A stretch of DNA of 64,000 nt, taken from the NCBI GenBank assembly GCA_963850345.1, contig CAWKKW010000007.1, positions 689 through 64,688 on the forward strand. The letters are read 5' to 3'. The notes under the pieces are model-generated. The model saw only the letters and a list, made by a program, of their open reading frames with translations. It did not search any database and had not been told where the DNA came from. This stretch comes from an uncultured Acidobacteriaceae bacterium (GTDB lineage Bacteria > Acidobacteriota > Terriglobia > Terriglobales > Acidobacteriaceae). Below are positions 11,090-19,856 of the stretch, piece by piece (the stretch's first letter is position 1; every line of letters starts with the position of its first letter). Made by a program: the position numbers and the translations under genes.

Positions 11090-12400
11090 GTGAAGCGTAG
11101 CAGCCACTGGATTGTCCTGGGAATATGCACCGCGTTCTGCTCCATTCCAGCAGGTGCGCAGGTGTCCCTCTATACGGCTGTGGACCTCGCGCTACGCAAC
11201 AGCCCGGCGGTGCGTATGGCCACCGCGGACGTGGAACGGGCCCAGGCCGCGCTCACCGAAGCGAAAGACGTCTACATCCCCAGCTTCGTGCTCGGCTCCG
11301 GCCTTGGCTATTCCTATGGATTCCCTGTGGGCCAGCCATCCGTCTACAACGTCACCTCGCAGTCCCTGGTGCTCGGGTTTTCGCAACCGGACTACATCCG
11401 CTCCGCAAAAACTGCATTGAACTCCGGTCAGCTCGCACTCAAAGATATCCGCCAGCAGGTCATCCTAGATACCTCATTACAATATGCGGAGTTGGACAAG
11501 CTTACGCAGGAGACCGCCGCGTTGGACGCGCAGAGCGCCGCTGCAGAAAAGCTGGTCAACATCGAGCAGCAGCGGCTCGATGCGGGATTAGCCTCACGCA
11601 GCGAGCTCCTACGTGCCCAGCTGACTGGGGCGCAAGTCCGCCTCAAGCGCCTCCACCTCGAAGGCGACGCACAGCTATTGCGACAGAAGCTGGCCAACCA
11701 GACCGGCCTTCCTGCTGCAACCTTCGTGACCAGCACGCAATCGATTCCGCCGTCGCCCAGTTTTCAGATCGGCAACGAATTGCAACACGACATGGCCGTC
11801 TCAAACGACGGTGTGCGCGCAGCGTATGCCTCCGCGAAATCGAAGCTCTACATGGCCCACGGCGCGCAGAAAGAGATCTTCCGGCCACAGATCGCCTTTG
11901 CCGCGCAGTACAACCGCTTCGCCACCTTCAACAACTACCAGGACTACTACAACCACTTTCAGCACAATAACTTCGGCATTGGGATCTCGATCACCTTCCC
12001 GATCTTCGACGCCTCCCGTAAGGCCAAGGCCATCGGGTCCGCTGCCGAAGCAGCCCACGCGGCAGCCCAGGCAGACCAGGCGCGCGCCCAGGCCGGTGAG
12101 CAGGCGACCCAACTGGACGCCAGTCTGCGGGAGCTTACTGCGCAACAGGACATCGCGCGTCTTCAAAGCGAATTGGCTGCCAGCGATCTCCAGACCGTGG
12201 TCACACAGTTGGAGACGGGCAGCGGCTCCCCCAACGGCCCGCAGATGACCCCTCGCGATGAGCAGCAGGCGCGCATCGAGGAGCGGCAGCGTTACCAGGA
12301 ATACCTCGATGCCAACTTTGACCTGTTGCGGGCCCAACTCACCTTGCTACGCATGATTGGGACCATCGAGGATTGGGCCAAGGCCTCTCCACACCCCTAA
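11090..12400 (+). CDS. TolC-family outer membrane efflux protein
   Basis: GTG start with GGAG SD 5 nt upstream. Signal peptide; two-fold repeated OEP architecture with coiled-coil segments. Confidence 0.85.
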   Translation: MKRSSHWIVLGICTAFCSIPAGAQVSLYTAVDLALRNSPAVRMATADVERAQAALTEAKDVYIPSFVLGSGLGYSYGFPVGQPSVYNVTSQSLVLGFSQPDYIRSAKTALNSGQLALKDIRQQVILDTSLQYAELDKLTQETAALDAQSAAAEKLVNIEQQRLDAGLASRSELLRAQLTGAQVRLKRLHLEGDAQLLRQKLANQTGLPAATFVTSTQSIPPSPSFQIGNELQHDMAVSNDGVRAAYASAKSKLYMAHGAQKEIFRPQIAFAAQYNRFATFNNYQDYYNHFQHNNFGIGISITFPIFDASRKAKAIGSAAEAAHAAAQADQARAQAGEQATQLDASLRELTAQQDIARLQSELAASDLQTVVTQLETGSGSPNGPQMTPRDEQQARIEERQRYQEYLDANFDLLRAQLTLLRMIGTIEDWAKASPHP

Positions 12401-12534
12401 GTCCTCTCTCTTCAACGCCTGTAACAGCTATTTTCTTCGCGCGCGAATCGATGCGACTGCCGGAGACGTCCAATAAGGAGTAACCCCGTAACCCGGCGCT
12501 CGTGCCCTGCCGATGCTAAAATAGTAAGGATCCT

Positions 12535-14013
12535 ATGCCCCTAAAAACATTGTTCTTAAACCCGCCCTCCTTTGAGAACTTCGATGGCGGTGCCAGCTCC
12601 AGGTGGCCCGCTACTCGTGAGATCGAATCCTACTGGTACCCTGTGTGGCTGGCTTATCCGGCAGGGATGCTCGAAGGTTCGCGGTTGCTGGATGCGCCGC
12701 CCCACCACGTGTCGTGGCAGCAGGTCAACGATATCTGCAAGGACTACGATTTCCTGGTCCTCTTCACCAGCACCATCGGCTGGTCCGGCGATCAGCGCAT
12801 GGCAGAGACAATTAAGGCCACGCATCCGAACATCAAGATCGCCTTCGTTGGACCGCCGGTCACAACCTCGCCCGAAAAGGCACTCACCGAGTGCGCGGCC
12901 ATCGACTTCATCTGCCGCCGCGAGTTTGACTTCTCCGTGGTGGAGTACGCGAACGGAAAGCCGCTGACCGAGATCCTCGGCATCAGCTATCTCGAAAACG
13001 GCAAGATCGTCCACACACCCGACCGGCCGCAGGTCGATGACCTCGACGCAATGCCCTGGGTCACCGAGATCTATTATCGCGACCTCGATGTCACCAAGTA
13101 CAACGTCCCATTCCTGATGCACCCCTACGTGGCTCTTTACTCCACGCGCGGATGCCCGGCGCAGTGCACCTTCTGCCTGTGGCCGCAGACGCTCTCGGGC
13201 CACGCCTGGCGCAAGCGCTCGACCGACGACGTCGCCGCCGAAATGGCGAACGCCAAGAAGCTTTTCCCGCACGTGAAGGAATTCTTCTTTGACGACGACA
13301 CCTTCAACATCAACGCAGCGCGCACCATCGAGCTCTGCCAGAAGCTGAAGCCGCTAGGCCTCACCTGGTCCTGCACCTCGCGCGTGACCACCAGCTTTGA
13401 GACCCTCAAGGCTATGAAGGAAGCCGGTTGCCGCCTGCTCATCGTGGGCTTCGAGTCCGGCGATCCGCAGATTCTCAAAAACATCAAGAAGGGCGCCACC
13501 GTCGAGCGCGCACGCGAGTTTGCCCGCGATTGCCACAAGCTCGGCCTGACCATTCACGGCGACTTCATCCTCGGCCTTCCCGGCGAAACTCGGGAGTCGA
13601 TTCGCAACACCATCAACTTCGCCAAGACTCTCGACGTCGAGACCATCCAAGTTTCGATTGCCCACGCGTTCCCCGGCACCGAATTTTACGAATACGCCAA
13701 GGTGAACGGCTTCATCACCAATCAAGACATGGCTGACGAAGGTGGACACCAGATGGCCCACATCGAGTATCCCGGCCTGCCCGTCGACTACGTGTTGGAG
13801 ATGGTGCACCGCTTCTACGATGAATACTACTTCCGTCCCAAGGCCGCGGCGCGCGTGATCTGGAAGGCGGTCGTCAACCGCGACGTTCCTCGCCTTTACA
13901 CCGAAGCCAAGTCGTTTATGAAGCTGCGTGCCCAGCGCAATAAGATCGTCGCGCAGGGTAAGGCCAACCAGAAAACCACCCAGCCCACTCCCGCAGTCGG
14001 CGCTGGGGTCTAG
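12535..14013 (+). CDS. hpnJ: Hopanoid-associated B12-binding radical SAM protein HpnJ
   Basis: N-terminus TLFLNPPSFENFDGGASSRWPATREI..YWYP.WLA matches what I recall of the HpnJ family. Radical SAM CxxxCxxC motif is CPAQCTFC (first Cys codon at 13153-13155). Confidence 0.85.
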   Translation: MPLKTLFLNPPSFENFDGGASSRWPATREIESYWYPVWLAYPAGMLEGSRLLDAPPHHVSWQQVNDICKDYDFLVLFTSTIGWSGDQRMAETIKATHPNIKIAFVGPPVTTSPEKALTECAAIDFICRREFDFSVVEYANGKPLTEILGISYLENGKIVHTPDRPQVDDLDAMPWVTEIYYRDLDVTKYNVPFLMHPYVALYSTRGCPAQCTFCLWPQTLSGHAWRKRSTDDVAAEMANAKKLFPHVKEFFFDDDTFNINAARTIELCQKLKPLGLTWSCTSRVTTSFETLKAMKEAGCRLLIVGFESGDPQILKNIKKGATVERAREFARDCHKLGLTIHGDFILGLPGETRESIRNTINFAKTLDVETIQVSIAHAFPGTEFYEYAKVNGFITNQDMADEGGHQMAHIEYPGLPVDYVLEMVHRFYDEYYFRPKAAARVIWKAVVNRDVPRLYTEAKSFMKLRAQRNKIVAQGKANQKTTQPTPAVGAGV

Positions 14014-14050
14014 CTTGCAGCGGTGATTTCAATCGGGCGGCCGGCCCACC

Positions 14051-14536
14051 ATGCTGGCCGCCTTTGCATTTGGTGAAAGCAGGGCAATGGTTCACTCCAC
14101 AATGAATGCACGCCGCTACTTGATACTGGCGGTCGTCACCCTAACCGCTTCTCTGGGCGATACGGTTCTCTCTGTCGGGATGCGGCAGATCGGCCCGGTT
14201 TCGCTGCACCATCTGAACACGTTACTGTTCGCGATGCACAATCCCTGGATCCTCGGCGGCGTCGCCCTGCTCATCGGATTTTTCGCGTCTTATCTCACCG
14301 CGCTCTCGTGGGCCGATCTTACCTTCGTGCTTCCGGCGACCTCGCTCGGCTATGTTGTCGTCGCCCTTCTCTCGAAGTTTTGGCTTAAGGAACAGATCTC
14401 CCCGCTGCGCTGGCTGGGAATCTTTCTCATCACCGCCGGCGTTGGCTTCGTCACGCGCGGACCTTCGTACACCGATCACTCCAAGCCCTTGCCGGAATCC
14501 GTTCCCTCCGGCGTTCAGGAAGTAGGGCGGCCATGA
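14051..14536 (+). CDS. Half-size DMT/EamA-like membrane protein (ArnE/ArnF-like), subunit 1
   Basis: Hydrophobic helices (about four by eye). GDTVLSVGMRQIG and FWLKEQISPLRWLG motifs. Start uncertain (14051, 14087 or 14102). Confidence 0.7.
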   Translation: MLAAFAFGESRAMVHSTMNARRYLILAVVTLTASLGDTVLSVGMRQIGPVSLHHLNTLLFAMHNPWILGGVALLIGFFASYLTALSWADLTFVLPATSLGYVVVALLSKFWLKEQISPLRWLGIFLITAGVGFVTRGPSYTDHSKPLPESVPSGVQEVGRP

Positions 14537-14940
14537 TGCCGGCGCAAACCATGATCACCTCGCAAGGACTCGCGCTCATCGGCATGATTGGAGCAATCGT
14601 TGTCACCGCCACCGCCGGCGATATTCTCACCGCCTCTGCGATGCGGCAGATCGGCGACCTCGACGCGATCCGCGCAGTGCGAGGATTGCCTGGCGCAATC
14701 ATCGCCGTCGTGACCAACCTCCGCTTCATGGGCGGGGTCCTTTGCATGGCGCTTAGCTTCTTCGCCCTGCTCTTCGCGCTCAGTCATGCGGACGTGAGCC
14801 TCGTAGCGCCGGCTTCCGCTTCTCTCACCTTCGTCACCAACGCGGTCGCGGCAAGATTCTTTCTCAAGGAGAATGTCGATCGCCGCCGCTGGATGGCCGC
14901 CGTCTGCGTCTGCTTTGGCGTAGCGCTGCTCGCGCACTAG
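14533..14940 (+). CDS. Half-size DMT/EamA-like membrane protein (ArnE/ArnF-like), subunit 2
   Basis: ATGA overlap with the previous gene (14533-14536). Paralogous motifs GDILTASAMRQIG and FFLKENVDRRRWM. Confidence 0.7.
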   Translation: MMPAQTMITSQGLALIGMIGAIVVTATAGDILTASAMRQIGDLDAIRAVRGLPGAIIAVVTNLRFMGGVLCMALSFFALLFALSHADVSLVAPASASLTFVTNAVAARFFLKENVDRRRWMAAVCVCFGVALLAH

Positions 14941-14947
14941 AAAACCT

Positions 14948-15370
14948 ATGACCACCGATCCGTTCAATCTCAACCGATTTGTCGAGGCGCAGCAGCCCAT
15001 CTTCGAGCGCGTCCACTCGGAGTTGCGCCGCGGTCAGAAACAAAGCCACTGGATGTGGTTCATCTTCCCTCAGATTCTAGGCCTCGGCTTAAGCCCCATG
15101 GCTGAGAAGTACGCAATCGCCTCGATCGAGGAAGCCGCAGCCTATCTCGATCACCCGATCCTCGGGCCACGACTGCGCCAGTGCACGCAATTGGTGAATG
15201 AAGTCAGCGGCCGTACCATCAGCGACATTCTCGGCTACCCAGACGATCTGAAGTTTCGATCGTCAATGACTCTCTTCGCTAAAGCGACAGCCGACAACCA
15301 GGTCTTCCACGATGCGCTGAAGAAATATTTCGAAGGCAAGCCTGACGAGCGCACCCTCGAGCTGCTCTGA
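14948..15370 (+). CDS. DUF1810 family protein
   Basis: FNLNRFVEAQ...Y..V..EL..G.K.SHWMWFIFPQ signature. Starts 7 nt after the previous stop codon. Confidence 0.8.
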   Translation: MTTDPFNLNRFVEAQQPIFERVHSELRRGQKQSHWMWFIFPQILGLGLSPMAEKYAIASIEEAAAYLDHPILGPRLRQCTQLVNEVSGRTISDILGYPDDLKFRSSMTLFAKATADNQVFHDALKKYFEGKPDERTLELL

Positions 15371-15392
15371 GCGTGGGCACGTCGCGAGACCT

Positions 15393-16799
15393 TTACAGCA
15401 GGCGCATGAGACCTGTCGCCGGAATATCAGCCGGCAAAAACTTGCGCTCCTCGCCGAATGTGCGGGTAAGAGCCTCGGCTGCAAGATAACCGCTGCGCGC
15501 AGCACTCTCCATCGTCGACGGCCATCCCGTGTTGGTCCAATCTCCCGCAAGGAACACGCCCCGCCACGGGCTCTCCGCATCGGGGCGCAGTTTATCCAAG
15601 CCGGGCAAGACGGAAAACGTAGCGCGCGCTTCCTTCAGAATTCCGCTCTTCACTACACGAGCTTTCTTCACCTCAGGAAAGAACAGCGCAAGCTCCTCAA
15701 TTGCGCCTGAGAGTATCTCCGCCCGCTCCTGCCTCAGCGAGTCTTCTGAGGCCGCAATCACCAACTCAACATAGCTGCCCTGTTCCGGCGCCGCGCCACG
15801 AATCCGCGACTTATGAAAGATCCACTGAATGCGCGTATCGAGCAACGCTGCATGGTGCAGATCGGTAATCTCGCGGTCAAACCAGAGATGCACCGTCGTG
15901 TATGGCGAATGCACAAACTGGGTTAAATTGATGGCGAGTTGATCCGCCTCCGCGTTGCGGGGCATTTTTTGTATCAGCTTCTGTACCTGTTCAAACGGCA
16001 GCGCCAACACTACTGCGTCAGCCACAAATTCGCCCTGGTTCGTAACCAGGCACCAGCGACCGTCAGGATCTCGCGCCAGCGATTCGACACTGGACCGGAG
16101 ATGCACGCTTCCACCCAGCGACTCGATCAGGCTCGCAGCATGGGAGTACAGATCGCTCAACGGAATCGTTGGTATGCCTAGCTTCGCGCCGCCAGGCGAA
16201 CGCAGAAACAGCTCGCGAAATACGTGTGCACAATGACGCGTCGAACACTCTTCGAATCCATCATTCAACGTGCAGACCACCACCGGCTCCCAGAAGTGAC
16301 GGATCGCCCTCTCCGTCTGCCCGGTACGCTTCAGCCACTGCGCAAAGCTCTGAGTGTCATTGGGCGGAATTCCGGTCAGGAACTGTGACATACCTCGAGC
16401 GATCGCAATTTTGTCCCTGAGCCCCAGCATCGGTGCACGCAAAAAGCCTGCGGAAAAGTGCAGCGGAGCCGGCAGTCCGTTCGCCGAAAATTCACTGGCC
16501 CTGCCGTTCGACTCGAGGAACGTGAGCTTGTCGTACCAGCGAATCTTGTCCGACATCCCGGAGCGTTCGTACAACTGCATCAGGCTGGTGCAGCAGCCAA
16601 GCAGAACGTGCTGACAGTCCACCACCTCGCCCAGGGCGGGGTGTTCGTAAGAAGAGGCGCGGCCACCTACGAATGGACGGCGCTCCAGCAATTGCACCTC
16701 GTATCCTGCTTCGGCAAGAGCCGAGGCGGCGGTCAGTCCGGCAACTCCGGCACCGACCACTGCGACCGATCTTTTCTGCTTGATTTCGGAATTCGGCAT
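15393..16799 (-). CDS. hpnE: Hydroxysqualene dehydroxylase (FAD-dependent, phytoene-desaturase-like)
   Basis: FAD fold VAVVGAGVAGLTAASALAEAGYEVQLLERRPFVGGRA. Sits directly after hpnC-hpnD. Confidence 0.9.
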   Translation of the reverse strand: MPNSEIKQKRSVAVVGAGVAGLTAASALAEAGYEVQLLERRPFVGGRASSYEHPALGEVVDCQHVLLGCCTSLMQLYERSGMSDKIRWYDKLTFLESNGRASEFSANGLPAPLHFSAGFLRAPMLGLRDKIAIARGMSQFLTGIPPNDTQSFAQWLKRTGQTERAIRHFWEPVVVCTLNDGFEECSTRHCAHVFRELFLRSPGGAKLGIPTIPLSDLYSHAASLIESLGGSVHLRSSVESLARDPDGRWCLVTNQGEFVADAVVLALPFEQVQKLIQKMPRNAEADQLAINLTQFVHSPYTTVHLWFDREITDLHHAALLDTRIQWIFHKSRIRGAAPEQGSYVELVIAASEDSLRQERAEILSGAIEELALFFPEVKKARVVKSGILKEARATFSVLPGLDKLRPDAESPWRGVFLAGDWTNTGWPSTMESAARSGYLAAEALTRTFGEERKFLPADIPATGLMRLL

Positions 16800-16805
16800 G
16801 CCCGC

Positions 16806-17798
16806 TCAGGCCCCGAGCAATCGATACGCGAAGACGCGCAGTAGGCCCTGTGCGAGGATCCATAGCTTTTCGCTCGAAGGCACCGAGACGCGCGACGAGA
16901 ATACGTCGTAGTCTCGCTGCTCAATCCTTTTCAGCAGCCGCGAATAAATGGTAATCAGCACCCACATCGCCGGACGGCTGTCCCGCGCAATCATCGGCAA
17001 CAGCCGGTAGCCCGATTCGTAATAGCGTCGCGCACGATCCCCTTCCAGCCGCAAGAGGGTCTTCAGCGGACCCGGCACCGTCCCGCGCTGCTCCAGCAGT
17101 TGCTCGGCATTCACTCCTGCCCGCTCCATATCCTCAAGCGGAAGATAGATACGCCCGCGTTCCGCATCCTCTCGCACGTCGCGAAGAATGTTCGTGAGTT
17201 GAAATGCGATGCCCGTCTCTTCCGCCAGTCTCTCCGCCTGCGAATCGTCGTACCCGAAGATGCGGATGCACACCAACCCAACCACCGAGGCCACCAAATA
17301 GCAGTATCGGTACAGGTCGTCGAACGTCGGATACACATCCACCGGCGCGGTCTCGACCGCCGTACCCCCGTTTGCCTGCTCTGCATTTGCTGATCGTCTT
17401 ACCCGCGCGGGCCGTTCCAGGTCCATCGCCGTTCCCTGCACCAATTGATCCAGCAGCTGTGACGGAATCTGGAACCGCCGCTGTGCATCCGCAAGCGCAA
17501 CGAAGACCGCGTTGTTCGTAGCAGCCCCGCTCTCGGCTGCATGCCAGTTCGCCGTCCACGTGCGCAGCGCATGCCGCCGCTGCTCGTGAGGAAGACTCTC
17601 ATCATCGGAGAGGTCGTCGGCGTGTCGCATAAACGCGTACACGGCGCAGATCGCATTGCGCTTCTGACGCGGCAACGCGCGAAATGCATAGTAGAAGTTC
17701 TTGGCTTCTCTGCGCGCGATTTGGCGGCATACCCGGTACGCCTCTTCGATGCGATGCCGCGGGTCGCGTGCGAACGACGGGATCTCGTCCGCGCTCAT
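16806..17798 (-). CDS. hpnD: Presqualene diphosphate synthase
   Basis: Squalene/phytoene synthase Asp-rich motifs MRHADDLSDD and NILRDVREDAERGRIYLP. ATGA overlap with the hpnC stop codon (17795-17798). Confidence 0.9.
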   Translation of the reverse strand: MSADEIPSFARDPRHRIEEAYRVCRQIARREAKNFYYAFRALPRQKRNAICAVYAFMRHADDLSDDESLPHEQRRHALRTWTANWHAAESGAATNNAVFVALADAQRRFQIPSQLLDQLVQGTAMDLERPARVRRSANAEQANGGTAVETAPVDVYPTFDDLYRYCYLVASVVGLVCIRIFGYDDSQAERLAEETGIAFQLTNILRDVREDAERGRIYLPLEDMERAGVNAEQLLEQRGTVPGPLKTLLRLEGDRARRYYESGYRLLPMIARDSRPAMWVLITIYSRLLKRIEQRDYDVFSSRVSVPSSEKLWILAQGLLRVFAYRLLGA

Positions 17799-18751
17799 AC
17801 GGCCGCCCTTCGCCGCGCGGGCAAGAGCTTCGTTGAAAGCGCGCGAATCAGCAGCGCCGCCTTCCGCGATTTCGAAATCGCCGGCCGCGCGCGCAATACG
17901 TCGTAGTTCTGCGACTCGATGGCATGCAGAATCTCGAGACCGCCGCGGCTGAAGAGGTCCAGGTCGAGCGCCAATTCACGATCCACTCTTTGAATGAGTG
18001 GCATACCCTGCTCGAACATGGCTCGCGTGTTCTCCACCTCAAAGCGCATCAGGTCGCGAAAGCTCGACGTCGCCTGCCCCGTCGCAATCACCGACTCCGG
18101 CACGCGGAAGTGGTCCATATCTTCGCGCGGCAGGTAGACTCGGCCGCGTTCGTAATCTTCCCGCACGTCCTGCCAGAAGTTCGCCAGCTGCAAAGCCGAA
18201 CAGGTGAAATCCGAAAGCAGAAAAAGCTCTGGGTCGCGGTATCCGCAGGCATACAACACCAGCCTACCCACCGGGTTTGCCGAATATCGGCAATACGCAA
18301 GCACATCCTGCATCGTATCGAACCGAGTGACCTGCTGATCCTGGCGGAAGGCAACCAGCAGATCGGCGAAAGGCTCCTTCGGAATCTCGCAGATACGTAT
18401 TGTATCCGCCAAGGCGACGAATACCGGGTGGTTCGCTTCTCCCCGATAGCACGCATCCAGTTCCCTGCCCCAGAGGTCGAGCAGCGCCAGCGACTGATCG
18501 CGATCCCCTACTTCGTCGCCCAGGTCATCCGAGATACGGCAGTACGCATAGATGCTGTGAAAGTGCGGACGCAGACGCTTCGGCAGAAACCACGAAGCTA
18601 CGTGAAAATTCTCGTAATGCGATTCCGCCAGCCGCTTGCAGTACGCACGCGCCTCATCCAGCGTCGGAGCAGTCTCCGGGATGCGGTATTCCGCCGGAAG
18701 AGCCGCCCAACCCTTTTCAATGAGTTCCTGGTGTGTGTGCAAAACCGCCAT
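17795..18751 (-). CDS. hpnC: Hydroxysqualene synthase
   Basis: Motifs YCRISDDLGDE and NFWQDVREDYERGRVYLP. Start set at ATG 18751 (GGAG 7 nt upstream); the longer track ORF would overlap the upstream dehydrogenase. Confidence 0.9.
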   Translation of the reverse strand: MAVLHTHQELIEKGWAALPAEYRIPETAPTLDEARAYCKRLAESHYENFHVASWFLPKRLRPHFHSIYAYCRISDDLGDEVGDRDQSLALLDLWGRELDACYRGEANHPVFVALADTIRICEIPKEPFADLLVAFRQDQQVTRFDTMQDVLAYCRYSANPVGRLVLYACGYRDPELFLLSDFTCSALQLANFWQDVREDYERGRVYLPREDMDHFRVPESVIATGQATSSFRDLMRFEVENTRAMFEQGMPLIQRVDRELALDLDLFSRGGLEILHAIESQNYDVLRARPAISKSRKAALLIRALSTKLLPARRRAAV

Positions 18752-18779
18752 GCGCCGGCTCCGAACGCCCTCTGAGGGC

Positions 18780-19829
18780 TTAGGGAATAATCGCTGTCTT
18801 GATGTCGTTCGAGCCATCCATCAACTTGCGCAGAACCTGGTCCAGTTCGAGCAATGGTGCCCGGCCGGTGATGTAGTCACTGCTGTTGAACCGCCCGCTG
18901 GTGACCAGTTCAAAGGCCTTCCGGCAACTCGCCGGCGTGTGATGGAAGCTCGCCTTCAGCGTAATGTCGTTGTAGTGCAAGCGGTTGGTGTCCAGGCTAA
19001 CCTTGGTGCCCACCGCGCAACCGCCGAAGAAATTGACCGTGCCACCGCGGCGCACCATGTCCACGGCCCACTGCCAGGTGATCGGCGTCGCCACCGCTTC
19101 GATCGCCACATCCGCTCCACGCCGTTCCGGAGTCATCGAGCGCACCGCACTTACTACGTCATCGGTGGACGTAATCTGCACGACCTTGTCCGCCCCGAAG
19201 ATCTTCGCCATCTGGACCTGCTCGTCGCGCTTCACGACGGCGATCACGCGCATCCCCTGCAACTGCGCTACGTGAATAAACATCAACCCGATCGGTCCGG
19301 CGCCAATCACGACCACCGTATCGCCGGCCACCGCTCCGGTCTCTTCCAGGCCGCGCACCACGCAGGCCAGCGGCTCGGTAAGAGCGGCATGCTCCAGCGG
19401 CACGCCGTCGGGCACCTGCAAAGTATTCTTCTCAACGATGCGCGCTGGGATCCGGATGTACTCCGCATAGGCGCCGTTGTTGAACAGCAGGTCGGCGCAG
19501 AGGTTCTCCTGCTGCCGCTTGCACCAGAAGCACTTCCCGCAGGGCGCGGAGTTCAACGCCACCACGCGCATGCCCGGCTCGAACGCGGTCACACCCTCGC
19601 CTACCTCGTGCACCACCCCGGCCAGCTCGTGGCCAAAGAGCGCAGGCGGCACCAGCATCTTCGCATGATAGCCCCGGCGGTACACCTTCAAATCCGTGCC
19701 GCATGTCAACGCGGCGCTGATGCGAACCACAATCTCGCCCGGCTCCGGCAGTGGGATCGGCACGCGCTCGATCCGCACGTCTTCTTGCCCGTGGAGCACC
19801 GCCGCGTTCATGTCCGTCGCCATAAGCAT
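18780..19829 (-). CDS. Zn-dependent polyol/alcohol dehydrogenase (MDR, sorbitol/threonine-dehydrogenase-like), copy 2
   Basis: Catalytic Zn ligands in LTCGTD, GHELAG and TEPLAC. Structural Zn cluster CGKCFWCKRQQENLC. Rossmann GAGPIG. Confidence 0.9.
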   Translation of the reverse strand: MLMATDMNAAVLHGQEDVRIERVPIPLPEPGEIVVRISAALTCGTDLKVYRRGYHAKMLVPPALFGHELAGVVHEVGEGVTAFEPGMRVVALNSAPCGKCFWCKRQQENLCADLLFNNGAYAEYIRIPARIVEKNTLQVPDGVPLEHAALTEPLACVVRGLEETGAVAGDTVVVIGAGPIGLMFIHVAQLQGMRVIAVVKRDEQVQMAKIFGADKVVQITSTDDVVSAVRSMTPERRGADVAIEAVATPITWQWAVDMVRRGGTVNFFGGCAVGTKVSLDTNRLHYNDITLKASFHHTPASCRKAFELVTSGRFNSSDYITGRAPLLELDQVLRKLMDGSNDIKTAIIP

Positions 19830-19856
19830 CTTCTATTGTCGCACTTCCGGCGCTTC

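Noticed and set aside
12436-12447. Perfect 12-nt palindrome ttcgcgcgcgaa between the TolC-like gene and hpnJ
   Set aside because: It is too short and leaves no room for a loop, so it cannot act as a terminator hairpin. It could be an operator half-site pair, but a single occurrence in GC-rich DNA is not evidence.
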